64,000 nucleotides of DNA from Eutreptiella sp. 'Long Island Sound 2002'. Lineage: Eukaryota; Protista; Euglenida. This document shows, in pieces, positions 1 through 9,231 of this stretch (position 1 is the stretch's first letter; the number at the start of each line of letters is the position of its first letter). The notes under the pieces were generated by a model. The model did no database searches. It was not told where the DNA came from and saw only the letters and a list, made by a program, of their open reading frames with translations. The stretch lies in NCBI GenBank assembly GCA_964036045.1, contig OZ038378.1:163308001-163372000 (forward strand). The letters run 5' to 3'. A program made the translations under genes and the position numbers.

Positions 1-971
1 GGTTGGTTTTGTATGTACTTGCGGAGGGTGTCAAACCACTTCCCCACAAAACCGATGCGCTTCGTGGGGCGAGTTTCACTCTTAACGCTGATAACCAAAC
101 CTGCTTGTCTAAGCTTGCGGACAACCGCCCTTCGGCCAATGTTGAGTGAGCGCCTGCTTTTTGCATCCAGAAGGACATCGTCCAGATACACTTTGTTGCC
201 CACCGGAACTTTGGCAGCAGAGATGGCCGAGGCAACTAACCGCTTGACAAGTGTTTGGCAAATTGAGGGTGAATAACGCCATCCAAAAGGCAGTCGAGTA
301 TACTTGTAGCAATGTTGTCTTGCCTGGACCACAAAAACCCTGTGCCACGAGCGCGGCAGCTTTATGCTCCAATAGCAGTTTTGCAGACTGATTTTGCAGA
401 GCCATCTGCCAGATTTGGAGCCTTTGATGGTGTGAGCCAGGTGGCTGAGGGTTGGCAGGCGTACCGCTTTAGGAGCCCTGTGGTCACTCGCATTTATGCG
501 GACCGCATTGAGGAGCAGCCTACACTTTTCAGCATTTTTGTAACGCAAGAAAACAGAGGACGAAACCCTGGCTTTGGTGTGTCTCATACCTCTGGTATCC
601 ACACGGACGGACTCCAGCATGCGCCCAACCGTGTGCTGAGAGTGGGGAGCAAAATGGGGCTGCTGCGCCTCCCGCGTGCACTTAGTGTACTGCTTGCGCG
701 GGTTGGAGGGCACAAGGCGGCGCCAGATGCTGTGTGCGATGTGCACTGCGCCCGCCTCCCCCAGGCCTTTGCCGGCAATGTCTTCAGTGACACGGGCATG
801 GTGACCAGGCTCACGGCCCTGACGCAGATAGTCATAGTAGCCATCAGACTCACAGAAAAGTCCAGACTGTAAAATAGTGTTTAACACATTACGCAGTAGG
901 GCGAGCGCCCTTGCTGACCCACGCAACCCAAGAACAACGAGCGCCATGTGCTGCAATGCCGCAACGACCAT
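1..971 (-). CDS. DIRS-type reverse transcriptase of element A, open to the window edge and absent from the ORF track
   Basis: Manual translation from ATG at 971 gives ...KNAEKCRLLLNAVRIN...RLPTL...WLCKISLQNCYWSIKLP...YTRLPFGWRYSPSICQ...KVYLDDVLL...GLVISVKSETRPTKRIGFVGKWFD. LPFG is at 282-293 and YLDD at 177-188. The first catalytic Asp appears replaced by Ser (KISLQN). Confidence 0.9.
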   Translation of the reverse strand, partial: MVVAALQHMALVVLGLRGSARALALLRNVLNTILQSGLFCESDGYYDYLRQGREPGHHARVTEDIAGKGLGEAGAVHIAHSIWRRLVPSNPRKQYTKCTREAQQPHFAPHSQHTVGRMLESVRVDTRGMRHTKARVSSSVFLRYKNAEKCRLLLNAVRINASDHRAPKAVRLPTLSHLAHTIKGSKSGRWLCKISLQNCYWSIKLPRSWHRVFVVQARQHCYKYTRLPFGWRYSPSICQTLVKRLVASAISAAKVPVGNKVYLDDVLLDAKSRRSLNIGRRAVVRKLRQAGLVISVKSETRPTKRIGFVGKWFDTLRKYIQNQ

Positions 972-1032
972 GGGCCGCCTAGGCGGGCGAATGGTTGGAA
1001 GCTGGGCTATAGAATGAAAGAGATGCAGAAAA

Positions 1033-2032
1033 TCATGGAGCAAACCCCTGTGTAGTGATGCTGTTCCTGCGAGGCCTATTTGGGGCCTGCGAACGCGAGC
1101 TGAGCCGAGCAGATCTGCCGTTGGGGGGGGCCGTTGGCAATGCTGCGCGGACCCACTCGTTGAAGACGGCCGTGGAAGGCCAGGGAACTTCGTACCACCC
1201 TGGCTGGTTGTTTTGCCACTTTGGCCCCGGCATGGGCCCTCCTTTGACAAACGTCCAGCTGGAGGGGGGTGTGGTGTACATCCTTGCCACCGTGGGCGAT
1301 TTCCTTCCCCCCCCAGATCTGCACCAGGTGGAGTGGCAGCCCGAGCGCCTGAAGCTGGGCCGCCCCAAATTTGCGCTAGCTGTGCCAGCGAATAGTTTTA
1401 CATGTGCACCCTGGCGACTGCACAAGCTCGAGGAATGCTGCCGCCAAGTGTGCCTTGGATGTGAAAAATGCGGGTCTGTGCGGATGATGTCCCGAGAGGG
1501 CGCGCAATCGTGCGAGGAAATCACCCCATTTGCGGGCCCATGGACCCATTTTTGGCCTGTGCAAGCCGGCTCTGCCCTTAGGGCCCCGGAAGCGGAGCTC
1601 TGCTTCGTCGGGGGCCGCCGTCGCTGCCTCTGAGATGCGCTGCCCGAAGGCGATGGAGAGTGCCGATAGCGCGACCACTTCCCAGTCCAGCTTGGTCTTG
1701 GCCGCTTGGCGGAGTTGTCTGAGACAGTGCATTGTTGCCCAGTGCTTGGATCGCCCCTCTTGTTTGCGCTTTGGCACCTTTTGAATTGCGTCGATGAATA
1801 GCCAGTCGGCTGGGACGATGGTGGGCTGCACCCAGTTGAACTTCTCCAGTAGCTGTACCCCTGACAACAACCTTTTGCTGTTTGACTCTGTGTGCTGCTG
1901 TTGGACCTCCCCAAGGAGCTGCTCGTCGATTGCTGTACACAACGATTCACCCGGATGTCCGGCGAGCCTGTAGCGCACTCTGCGGAGCTGTTGCAGGTAC
2001 CCCTTGACCAATGCGATGCCGAGCCCGCGCAC
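1033..2032 (-). pseudogene. Tyrosine recombinase of element A, disrupted
   Basis: Catalytic motifs present: FGQRISEA (R), GPKG (K), RWHS*RKFG (HxxR, with in-frame TAG at 1376-1378) and, after a frameshift in the G run near 1306-1313, ARMYT (Y). Confidence 0.85.
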
Positions 2033-2152
2033 TACTGTTGCCGCATAGGAACTTGCATAGTCGCCTGCAACTGCTGCCTCCGGCTGGTCGACTGCCCAGA
2101 GGAATTTCCGGGCACCACGTCCCCACCGACCAGCTCTCTTGGTGCGAGGTAG

Positions 2153-2805
2153 TCATTTGGACTTTGGCCCCGGGCATCCGTAGGCCGGGCCTTCCCAGAA
2201 CCAATGATGGGCCTTGCAAAACCGGCACTTTGTTTGGGGCGGACGGGAACAGTCTATCAGGTTGTTGCTCGTCTTTCCGCGGAAGTGCTCCTTACCGTCA
2301 ATGATGACCATTGTGGGCTTTGGTGGCGACCAGGAAGATGATGCGCTGGCGCTGCGCGACGTACCTTTGCGTGGAGTCTCCCCTGATGACGACGAGGATG
2401 ACGAGTCGCTGGAGCTGGTGCTTGACTCCTCTTCGGAACCAGACGAGTCGGACAGGCGCCGTCGGGACCCACGGCTCTTGCCTTTGCTTTTCTTGTGGTG
2501 CTCCCTTTTTGGTTTCTCCTTCTTCTTTTTGTGTTTGTCCGCTGACTTCAGTGCCTTTTTCCCCGGGTCATCACAGTCCACAATGATGGACCACACATCA
2601 GCCGCAAGCTCCTCACCAATTTGCACTTGCATTTCCAGCGCCGGTTGTCCTGGGGTGCTCCGGCAGTTCACGCTGTGCCTTCAGATAATGTTCCAGGGCC
2701 TTGGCGAGCTTCTGGGTCCATATGGTTGCCCCTGTGCACTTGCGAATGGTCTTAGCATTTTTTATAGTCAGGGCATCGTAACGCACCTTTTGCGATTTGT
2801 CAGGG
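2153..2805 (-). pseudogene. Gag-like ORF of element A, C-terminal half (Lys- and Ser-rich tract, terminal zinc knuckle)
   Basis: PDKSQKVRYDAL... then a frameshift near 2630-2670 into the tracked ORF, ending CSRPPQTKCRFCKAHHWFWEG (CX2CX3HX4C with the last Cys changed to Gly). Lies directly upstream of YR. Confidence 0.7.
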
Positions 2806-2858
2806 GTTTACCACAGGCAAGAAGCAAAAAGCAAATCTGGCAGACAGACATCTCGTGG
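2806..2858 (-). repeat. Split direct repeat B2 (3' terminus of element B)
   Basis: 51/53 identical to 3201-3253. Confidence 0.92.
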
Positions 2859-3131
2859 CAGTAACTCATGTGACATACAACGCTCGCCATGTCCGGAGCA
2901 CGACCCACCAAACCCGCGGTCAGGCTTGGACCTTTCCCTCCCGTCGATGCTGGACAAAGCCGCGTAGCGCACGGTCGCCGCCACGAGTAAGGCAGGCCAG
3001 CGGCTACCATAGTCACTCATAATCTCGGCACACGGCTGCCGGGCGACAACCCTCCAACACTGGCACAGGGGCACCACCTAGGTTGGGACACGACTGGCCC
3101 GCCCTCCACCGCAAGTGGGTGGGTGGGCGGG

Positions 3132-3204
3132 CAGAAAGTAAAAACACGTTGCCTGAGAGGGGAAGAGGGGGAGGTAAACCAACGGTGACAAGCACCGTGA
3201 GTTT
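3132..3204 (-). repeat. Split direct repeat A2
   Basis: 71/73 identical to 17526-17598; overlaps B1 by the 4-bp core. Confidence 0.92.
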
Positions 3205-3253
3205 ACCAAAGGCAAGAAGCAAAAAGCAAATCTGGAAGACAGACATCTCGTGG
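3201..3253 (-). repeat. Split direct repeat B1
   Basis: 51/53 identical to 2806-2858. Confidence 0.92.
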
Positions 3254-3598
3254 TTTATCTTTCTTCAGTAAAAGCGCCAGCACCACGCTGCCTCACGCCG
3301 AAATGCTCCCGGGGTGGGAGGGGTTGGGGTGGACAGGATCCGCGCGAGGGGATACACGTGAAAACACACCACTGTCAGGGTTCAGGCTGTCGTGGGGCGG
3401 GTGATACCCTGATCATCATAACAATACTGCACCCCCCGACAATCGCACAGGCCAAATCCGGCCCTCACCGAAGACCGGCGCAGGTACACCGCGCCGTACC
3501 CTCACCGGCGTACTGCACAGCCCCAGAGCGCACTCACGTGGCGCAAGGCGCTACGCAGCGGACAGCCACGGCACCCCAGCGCCACTGGTGGACCTCCC

Positions 3599-4090
3599 TC
3601 ATGCTAAGGCCGTAAACATATATGCCACCCGGCGCACCAAAAACAGGCCCCCTTGGATCCACAAATACGGGCGGTCACCGCCCACTTTTTTATGCGCAGA
3701 CAGGGACAGGGTCAGTTCGCGCACTCCCAGCCGCAACCGCCATCTGTGGCGGCACAAGTGTCGGCCCCTCTCGTGCTTGACATCGGGACTGCCCGCGGAG
3801 GTGAACATCTGGCGCGCAGTCCCACCAAGACGCGACGCTAAGTCCGTCACGGCGTCGCGCAGCAAGCCCGGCGCCTCCGCGGGTGCGCAAGGCCGGTCGA
3901 AGATGAGGCGTGCCTGGGTCCCCAGCCACACCCTGCGAACCGACCGACGCGCCACATGGCGGGCCAACACGTACTGCGCCTGCCGTTGTGCCCGCAGCCG
4001 CCGCCGCCCCCCCGCCTCAACTGAGCGGCGATGTCGCACGCCTCCCCGGTGCTGGCGCGGGCGCCGGTGGTGTCGGTTACGCCGAGGCAT
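3599..4090 (-). CDS. ORF4 of element B: Arg-rich basic protein of 163 aa, unknown function
   Basis: ATG at 4090 (MPRRNRHHRRPRQHRGG...) is preceded by TGTTTTTATACAAG|GT. The ORF lies between the RNase H end and repeat B1. Confidence 0.55.
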   Translation of the reverse strand: MPRRNRHHRRPRQHRGGVRHRRSVEAGGRRRLRAQRQAQYVLARHVARRSVRRVWLGTQARLIFDRPCAPAEAPGLLRDAVTDLASRLGGTARQMFTSAGSPDVKHERGRHLCRHRWRLRLGVRELTLSLSAHKKVGGDRPYLWIQGGLFLVRRVAYMFTALA

Positions 4091-4215
4091 ACCTTGTATA
4101 AAAACAGTGCAGTACATAGCACAGGAGCAAAGCTCACCCGCCGTAAACCACACTACAGCACCACGCCGCCCACAAACCGGCACTTGTGCAACGAACGCAG
4201 CAGCTCTCCCCACCG

Positions 4216-5913
4216 TCACTGGGGCGCTACCTCCGCCCGAGCAAGATGACCGTGGAAATTTGACTGCATCCTACTCAAAGGATCACCGGGTTGCAAATGG
4301 GATGGGCACCACACGACATAAACCTGCAGGCTGGAAACACATAACCGGCGCGACACCGAACGCAACATTGCATGCTGGATCTTTAACCACGTGGATGCCT
4401 TCAGCTGAACAAGCTGGGCAAACGCCACCTCACTGTCTGTCACTAACAGCAAACAATCCCACCGCAAACGTAAGGCGAGCCGCACCGCCCAGCATAACCC
4501 CGCCAACTCCGCCGTCTGTTGCGTATGACGCGCTACGGGCACCACCCAAGATCGGGCTCCCACCTGCGGCGAAAACCCCCCCACCCTGTACGAAAACAGG
4601 TCCCACGCCGCGTCCACGCACCAGCACCATGGCCTCAGGCGTTGAAAAAGCTCAGGTACAGGGGAGCGGGAAAGCGAAACAAACTGCCGCGCCCTCTCCC
4701 AAGGCAAAGCCCTATAAGGTTCAGCACACAAGCACAAAGTAGAGGCCAACGCATGCAGGATCTTTACAGGCACGTTCCTGTCATGGTCCCCCCACCGGAC
4801 CCAACAATACGCGCCCGCCAGCAAGGGCGCAGAGGTCAACCGCGGCCGGATGTGCCACTGGAGAGAGCCCAGCAATTTCTCCATCAGCTTGGGCCCTGGC
4901 ATGGGGGATACCGCCAACCTTAACCACGCAGCCAAAATCTGCAACCACGCGCGTCTGTGGCTATAAACCATACGGCGCCGTAAGTCCAAAAACTTTCCCA
5001 GCACAAACAGATGTTGCACCGGTTCCAAAGTGGACTTATCAGAGACGATAAACCTATTCTCAACCAGCAAACGTACACACTCCTTGGTGGTGCCGTGTAG
5101 CAGGGGACGATCGGCCGAAACTAGGACGAAGTCGTCCAAGTAATGCAGTAACTCCACACTCCGTGGGATGTGTAGTCGCAACAAGTCCCCCAGGATGCGC
5201 TGGCAGAGGTATGGCGAACACTTCCGGCCAAAAGGCAATCGCGTTGCCCCCACCACCGGTCCTCCCGGCCGTATCCTAGCCCGGAAAGCCGTGTCTACGC
5301 CCTCCGGCAGGACAAAACTCCAAAAGGCGTTGGTCAGGTCTATATGTGTGGCATATAGCCGCCGCCCGGGCGGTGTCTGGTTTAACAGTCGGCAAATACC
5401 CTCCTAGGAGGGTAAGGCAAAATGGGGGGGATCCGGGGACTCCTCATTTAATCCCACGCAAGACAGTATAAGGCTGACCTTGCGGGACGACTTAGGGATA
5501 ATGAAAGGAAAAACCGACGGTGTAGTACCCTCAGGGACCTCCCTGAAAATGCCCAAATGCTCAACAGCGGCAAAAAACTGACCGACCAACCCCGACACCT
5601 GACCCGCCCCGCCCGGCGGATCTCGCTCCACGTCGTAACCCGCCGCGGACTCCAAGAAGTCAGCCGGCACGACCTCCCTCCACAAACCATCCGGGATCCG
5701 GTACGACCCCACGGCCCCCAGCCCGCGCTGGACCACCTCCGGGACCACCGCCGCGAGCGACGGCTTGGGCGACGTATTCAAGTGAAGCAACGCCTCCCAT
5801 GCCGGTTCGGCAAACTCGCACAGTGCCAGACAAATCACATCCAGTGCAGAACCCAGGGCGAAGTCCTCAGCCACCCGGAAAACCCTATCCACAAACAACT
5901 CAATCCGCTGCAA
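4216..5913 (-). pseudogene. RT-RNase H of element B with one in-frame nonsense codon
   Basis: The tracked ORFs 5404-5913 and 4216-5256 are one frame joined through TAG at 5404-5406: ALPS*EG...THIDLTNAFWS...RLPFGRKCSP...HYLDDFVLV...GKFLD. RNase H motifs: CVDAAWD, QQTAEL, VTDSEV, PGDPLSR. The frame may extend upstream to 6561 through another stop. Confidence 0.93.
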
Positions 5914-6040
5914 AAGTAAAGGCCCTGGCGCTCACAACTTGCGCTGCAGCCAGCACGCTAACCCCGATAGGGCGAGCACCCGGGCATACAGGGGCAGTGC
6001 AATCAGGAACCGCGGGACAACCGGCGGATCGCCGCCGTCC

Positions 6041-6832
6041 CTAGGGAACTCCGGGCCCGGTAGGCTGGGGGGGGGAGCCGCCCACCAACCCCTCCCCGCC
6101 CCCCACACCCGCCCCCTCCACGGACCTCGCGGGTGGCACGGGCACATCATGAAGATCCGGCGCCAACGCCCCCCCCCCCCCCCCGCTCCCACCGGAGGTG
6201 GCGGAAATCCCACGACTGGGGGCAAGACCCTGACCAAACGCGGGCCGCTTACGGGGCGGACACTCCGTAACCTCGCGACCCCGCCTCCTGGGTACAAGGC
6301 GCTGCGGCCTAACGGTCGGGGTAACCGCATCGGAGCCACCCACCCGGGACGGGGAAGGCACACGGTACTGCCGGACAGGGGGAGGGGGGGGCGCGTACTG
6401 TTGTCGCCGTGATCCCGGATCCCGCGGTCGTTTGCGTGACCCCAACCCCCCAGCACCGGGCGCGCCAACCCTGAAGGCATCCGCCGGAGCAGCGACGCTC
6501 CCCATGTTCGGCACACACTCCTTAACTCTACGAACTCCCGATCCATCTCCAACATCCGCATCCGAGTCAGAGTCGGACAGGACGATAACTTCAGGGGGCA
6601 GTATAGGAGAAGCGGACTGGGCGCAAGCCGGGGAAGGGGAAGTTGGTCGTGGCTCCGATGGAGGTCCTGGGACAGCTAGGGATGAGCACGGCTGGGGGTC
6701 GTCGACGGTAGCGGCACCGACGCTATGCTCTTCCCGAATGTCCTCCACCAGAGTACTTCCAGTAGGCCCAAGAAGAGGCGGTCCATTGGAGGCTCCGCAA
6801 ACCGTGAGAGGTCGTACATAGCCATACCCCAC
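6041..6832 (-). CDS. Pro/Gly/Ser-rich linker ORF, probably the frameshifted C-terminal tail of the element B recombinase
   Basis: Overlaps the YR C-terminus in another frame and has low-complexity disordered composition; the assignment is inference. Confidence 0.4.
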   Translation of the reverse strand: MGYGYVRPLTVCGASNGPPLLGPTGSTLVEDIREEHSVGAATVDDPQPCSSLAVPGPPSEPRPTSPSPACAQSASPILPPEVIVLSDSDSDADVGDGSGVRRVKECVPNMGSVAAPADAFRVGAPGAGGLGSRKRPRDPGSRRQQYAPPPPPVRQYRVPSPSRVGGSDAVTPTVRPQRLVPRRRGREVTECPPRKRPAFGQGLAPSRGISATSGGSGGGGGALAPDLHDVPVPPARSVEGAGVGGGEGLVGGSPPQPTGPGVP

Positions 6833-7800
6833 AGAGCCGCAGGTAGCACCGTACCGCGTGGGCCCAGACCCACAGCCTCGTTAACATGCGGCAGCACCAG
6901 ATCGCCCACCACCTCCGGATCTCGAAACCCCAGGGCGTAACCCATGGCAGTACGCAAGCCAGCCCACCGCCCCAGGAAGGGAAAGTACTGGGCGGCGGGC
7001 TTGCGTACCCAGCATGCCGCGGAACCTCCCCTTCTGAGGGCATGCCAGCGAGCATCAGCCCACTTGGTGTCGCGGAGCAGGCGGCCGATGGTGTCCTCGA
7101 GGAAGGGGGCCCCTCCCTCGAAAACGGGCTCTTCAGGTTGCTTCCCCTTAGCTTGGCAGTAGACTCGGAGGAATTCCATCCAGGATCTTGCGTAAGCTGC
7201 GGCCGGTCGACAGACCCATCCGGGCTCTCCCACCTTGGTGCTGTAGAACCGGAGGCCCTCCTTGCGGTCAAGGTCACAGCACCGGATGGAGGCGGCCTCT
7301 CCAACCCGGAGCCACATCGTCCACGACAGGGCCGCCAGCGCCGCGACCGCCCGATCATCCGGCGCGGTGGCCGCATTCCAGATGTGCACAAGGGCTCGAG
7401 GCGACACGTACGCCTGCGGGCCGGGGCCTCTTCCCGACTTTGCAATGCGCCAGTGGAGGGCCGCCACAACCCGGGGGACCAATGCCAAATCCTCCGCCGC
7501 GCGGACGGCAGACGCCAGTCCGCGCAACCCGGATGCAGAGTGGCCATCGGCTGCACGCTCCGCCATGCAGAGGGAGAGGATTTCTGGCAGGGGCCTGGCC
7601 GGGATGCATGCTTCGGACTCCGCCAGCTGGTGTATAGCCGACCCATACCGCTGCCTCGTGCGCTGCTTCCAGGAATGCATGGCCGCCACTCTAGGGTAGG
7701 CCCGCTCGTCCGATTTCGCCAATCGCTCCCAGGCAGATGCCAAGCCTGCAAAGATGGCAACAAACCCGGACGCAACCTCCGAGGCAACCGCCGCGGGCAC
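6676..7800 (-). CDS. Tyrosine recombinase of element B
   Basis: All catalytic motifs are in one frame: WLRVGEA (R), STK (K), WHALRRGG (HxxR), GRW (W), AMGYA (Y). Confidence 0.93.
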   Translation of the reverse strand: MPAAVASEVASGFVAIFAGLASAWERLAKSDERAYPRVAAMHSWKQRTRQRYGSAIHQLAESEACIPARPLPEILSLCMAERAADGHSASGLRGLASAVRAAEDLALVPRVVAALHWRIAKSGRGPGPQAYVSPRALVHIWNAATAPDDRAVAALAALSWTMWLRVGEAASIRCCDLDRKEGLRFYSTKVGEPGWVCRPAAAYARSWMEFLRVYCQAKGKQPEEPVFEGGAPFLEDTIGRLLRDTKWADARWHALRRGGSAACWVRKPAAQYFPFLGRWAGLRTAMGYALGFRDPEVVGDLVLPHVNEAVGLGPRGTVLPAALWGMAMYDLSRFAEPPMDRLFLGLLEVLWWRTFGKSIASVPLPSTTPSRAHP

Positions 7801-7860
7801 TGCCCGTGAGCAGAAGGCCGCCCGCCGACCGCCCCACCCACCCCCAGCAGGGTCGTCCAG

Positions 7861-7915
7861 TCAGGCCCAGTGTGGGCACTGAAAGTGCCAGTGCTTGGGG
7901 GCAGTGGTCTTGGGG
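7861..7915 (-). CDS. C-terminal remnant of the element B gag (end of zinc knuckle)
   Basis: Reads PKTTAPKHWHFQCPHWA*, completing CRRCKAHSPET from 16883-16920. Confidence 0.8.
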
Positions 7916-8368
7916 GATCAATGGTCGGTTCCGATAGACTGAATGTCCCCGCCATAGACAATTCCAGCCATTAGTCCAGCAGTACTGTGTAGCTCAATCA
8001 ATGCACGTGTCCCCTTCTTGGTTGGGGTGCTCCACTATGTAAGGTACAGTGAGGCGTTTCTTGCGGTTGGCTCTGTGGGTCACGTGTGTGCTTGTCCTGT
8101 CTGCCGACTCTAGTGAACAACCAGGATCAATAAAAAAGCAGTCGTCCTTAAGGTGTGGAGTGCATTCACTTGTTTACGTGCGAACTGACTGGGCTGCAAA
8201 GCATGGCACTCACTCGGCCTTTCCCTGTCAGTTGCTGTTTAGTTTCAGGAAGTGCAGGGGGTAACATACAGATTCAGCAAGGGGGGGGGGTACATACAGA
8301 AGAAGAAGTATAAGAACAAATGTGAACTGTGGGCCGTGTGCAATCTGTACTGTAAGAAGGGTGTGGCG

Positions 8369-8845
8369 TCATGTGTTAAGGTCCTCGTCCACAAAGGCCT
8401 GCACCACATGCTGGTAAGCTAAGACCAGACGGGGCAGCCCCATGCACCACAGCCGCATTGTACCCTTGGGAACACCAGCAATGCGTTGTGTTGTGATGCC
8501 GGTTTTCAACAACCTATTGGTGTCCACGTCTGTGATGACAACCGTTCGTTCCATGGAGTGTACTCCGGCGTGTCTTTTCGACTCTGGCTGGCGACTCACA
8601 GGGTGCGGGACGTGCCGTTCGAGCCCCTGAGCCAATGCGGCAAGGAGACTGAATTGCTTTTGATCTGGTATAGATGGGACAAGCGTCCATGTTCGGTAAC
8701 TGCTGGATGCTGCTGCCAGATGCTCCGTGACGGTCACATCGTGGATCAGATTGTGGTCCTGCCTTCTCCGCTTTTGTTCTGTCCGTTCAGGATCAGACGA
8801 CCTGCGTCCCCGCTTCCTCTTGCGGGAGGAATCGCCAGGTTCCAT
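8369..8845 (-). CDS. ORF3 of the LINE, 158 aa, basic NLS-like N-terminus, unknown function
   Basis: ATG-to-stop ORF inside the TSD-bounded insert (RKRKRGRR, KRRR). Preceded by a long pyrimidine tract and AG at 8872-8873, 26 nt upstream of the ATG. Confidence 0.6.
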   Translation of the reverse strand: MEPGDSSRKRKRGRRSSDPERTEQKRRRQDHNLIHDVTVTEHLAAASSSYRTWTLVPSIPDQKQFSLLAALAQGLERHVPHPVSRQPESKRHAGVHSMERTVVITDVDTNRLLKTGITTQRIAGVPKGTMRLWCMGLPRLVLAYQHVVQAFVDEDLNT

Positions 8846-8947
8846 TGTGGCCGCAGCAATGCAGAGGTAGGCTAATCAGAAAAAAGGGGGAGGGTTCGGG
8901 GGGGTAGGGCGGGGGAACGCTTGTCTACCTCGAGGGCTTGGTGACGT

Positions 8948-8989
8948 CCACGCGTTGCCCTTGCGGCCGCTGTGGGGGTCTCCCGGCGC
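8948..8989 (-). promoter_or_regulatory. 42-nt stem-loop motif, copy upstream of LINE ORF3
   Basis: 38/42 identical to 16544-16585. Confidence 0.6.
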
Positions 8990-9231
8990 TTTGGAGGGGG
9001 GGCACCCGGTGGATCCAACCGGGCTTAGCGGCTAGCCTCCGTGGAGCACGACCGCACGCTTGGCTGGCTGGACGCTTCCACGGAGGTGTTCCATGTGCCC
9101 GTATCACTATCACTGTTGGAAGGGGTGCTCACACCCCCGTCAGAGAGAAGTGTGAGGTTAAGAGCTGTGAGTAGGTGATGCCCTTCCGCAGAGGTTGCCC
9201 GAAGAGGTGACTCGTGCAGGGGAAAATCCAG

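Noticed and set aside
312-872. 186-aa plus-strand ORF as a gene
   Set aside because: It is the antisense shadow of the element A RT.
3588-4742. 384-aa plus-strand ORF, and similar long antisense ORFs at 2214-2864, 6886-7809 and 5939-6412
   Set aside because: They lie opposite motif-bearing retroelement ORFs in GC-rich DNA and have no recognisable domains.
8948-8989. HDV-like or hammerhead ribozyme
   Set aside because: Only 13 nt separate the paired arms, too few for the P1/P3/P1.1 pseudoknot, and no CUGANGA...GAAA core is present.
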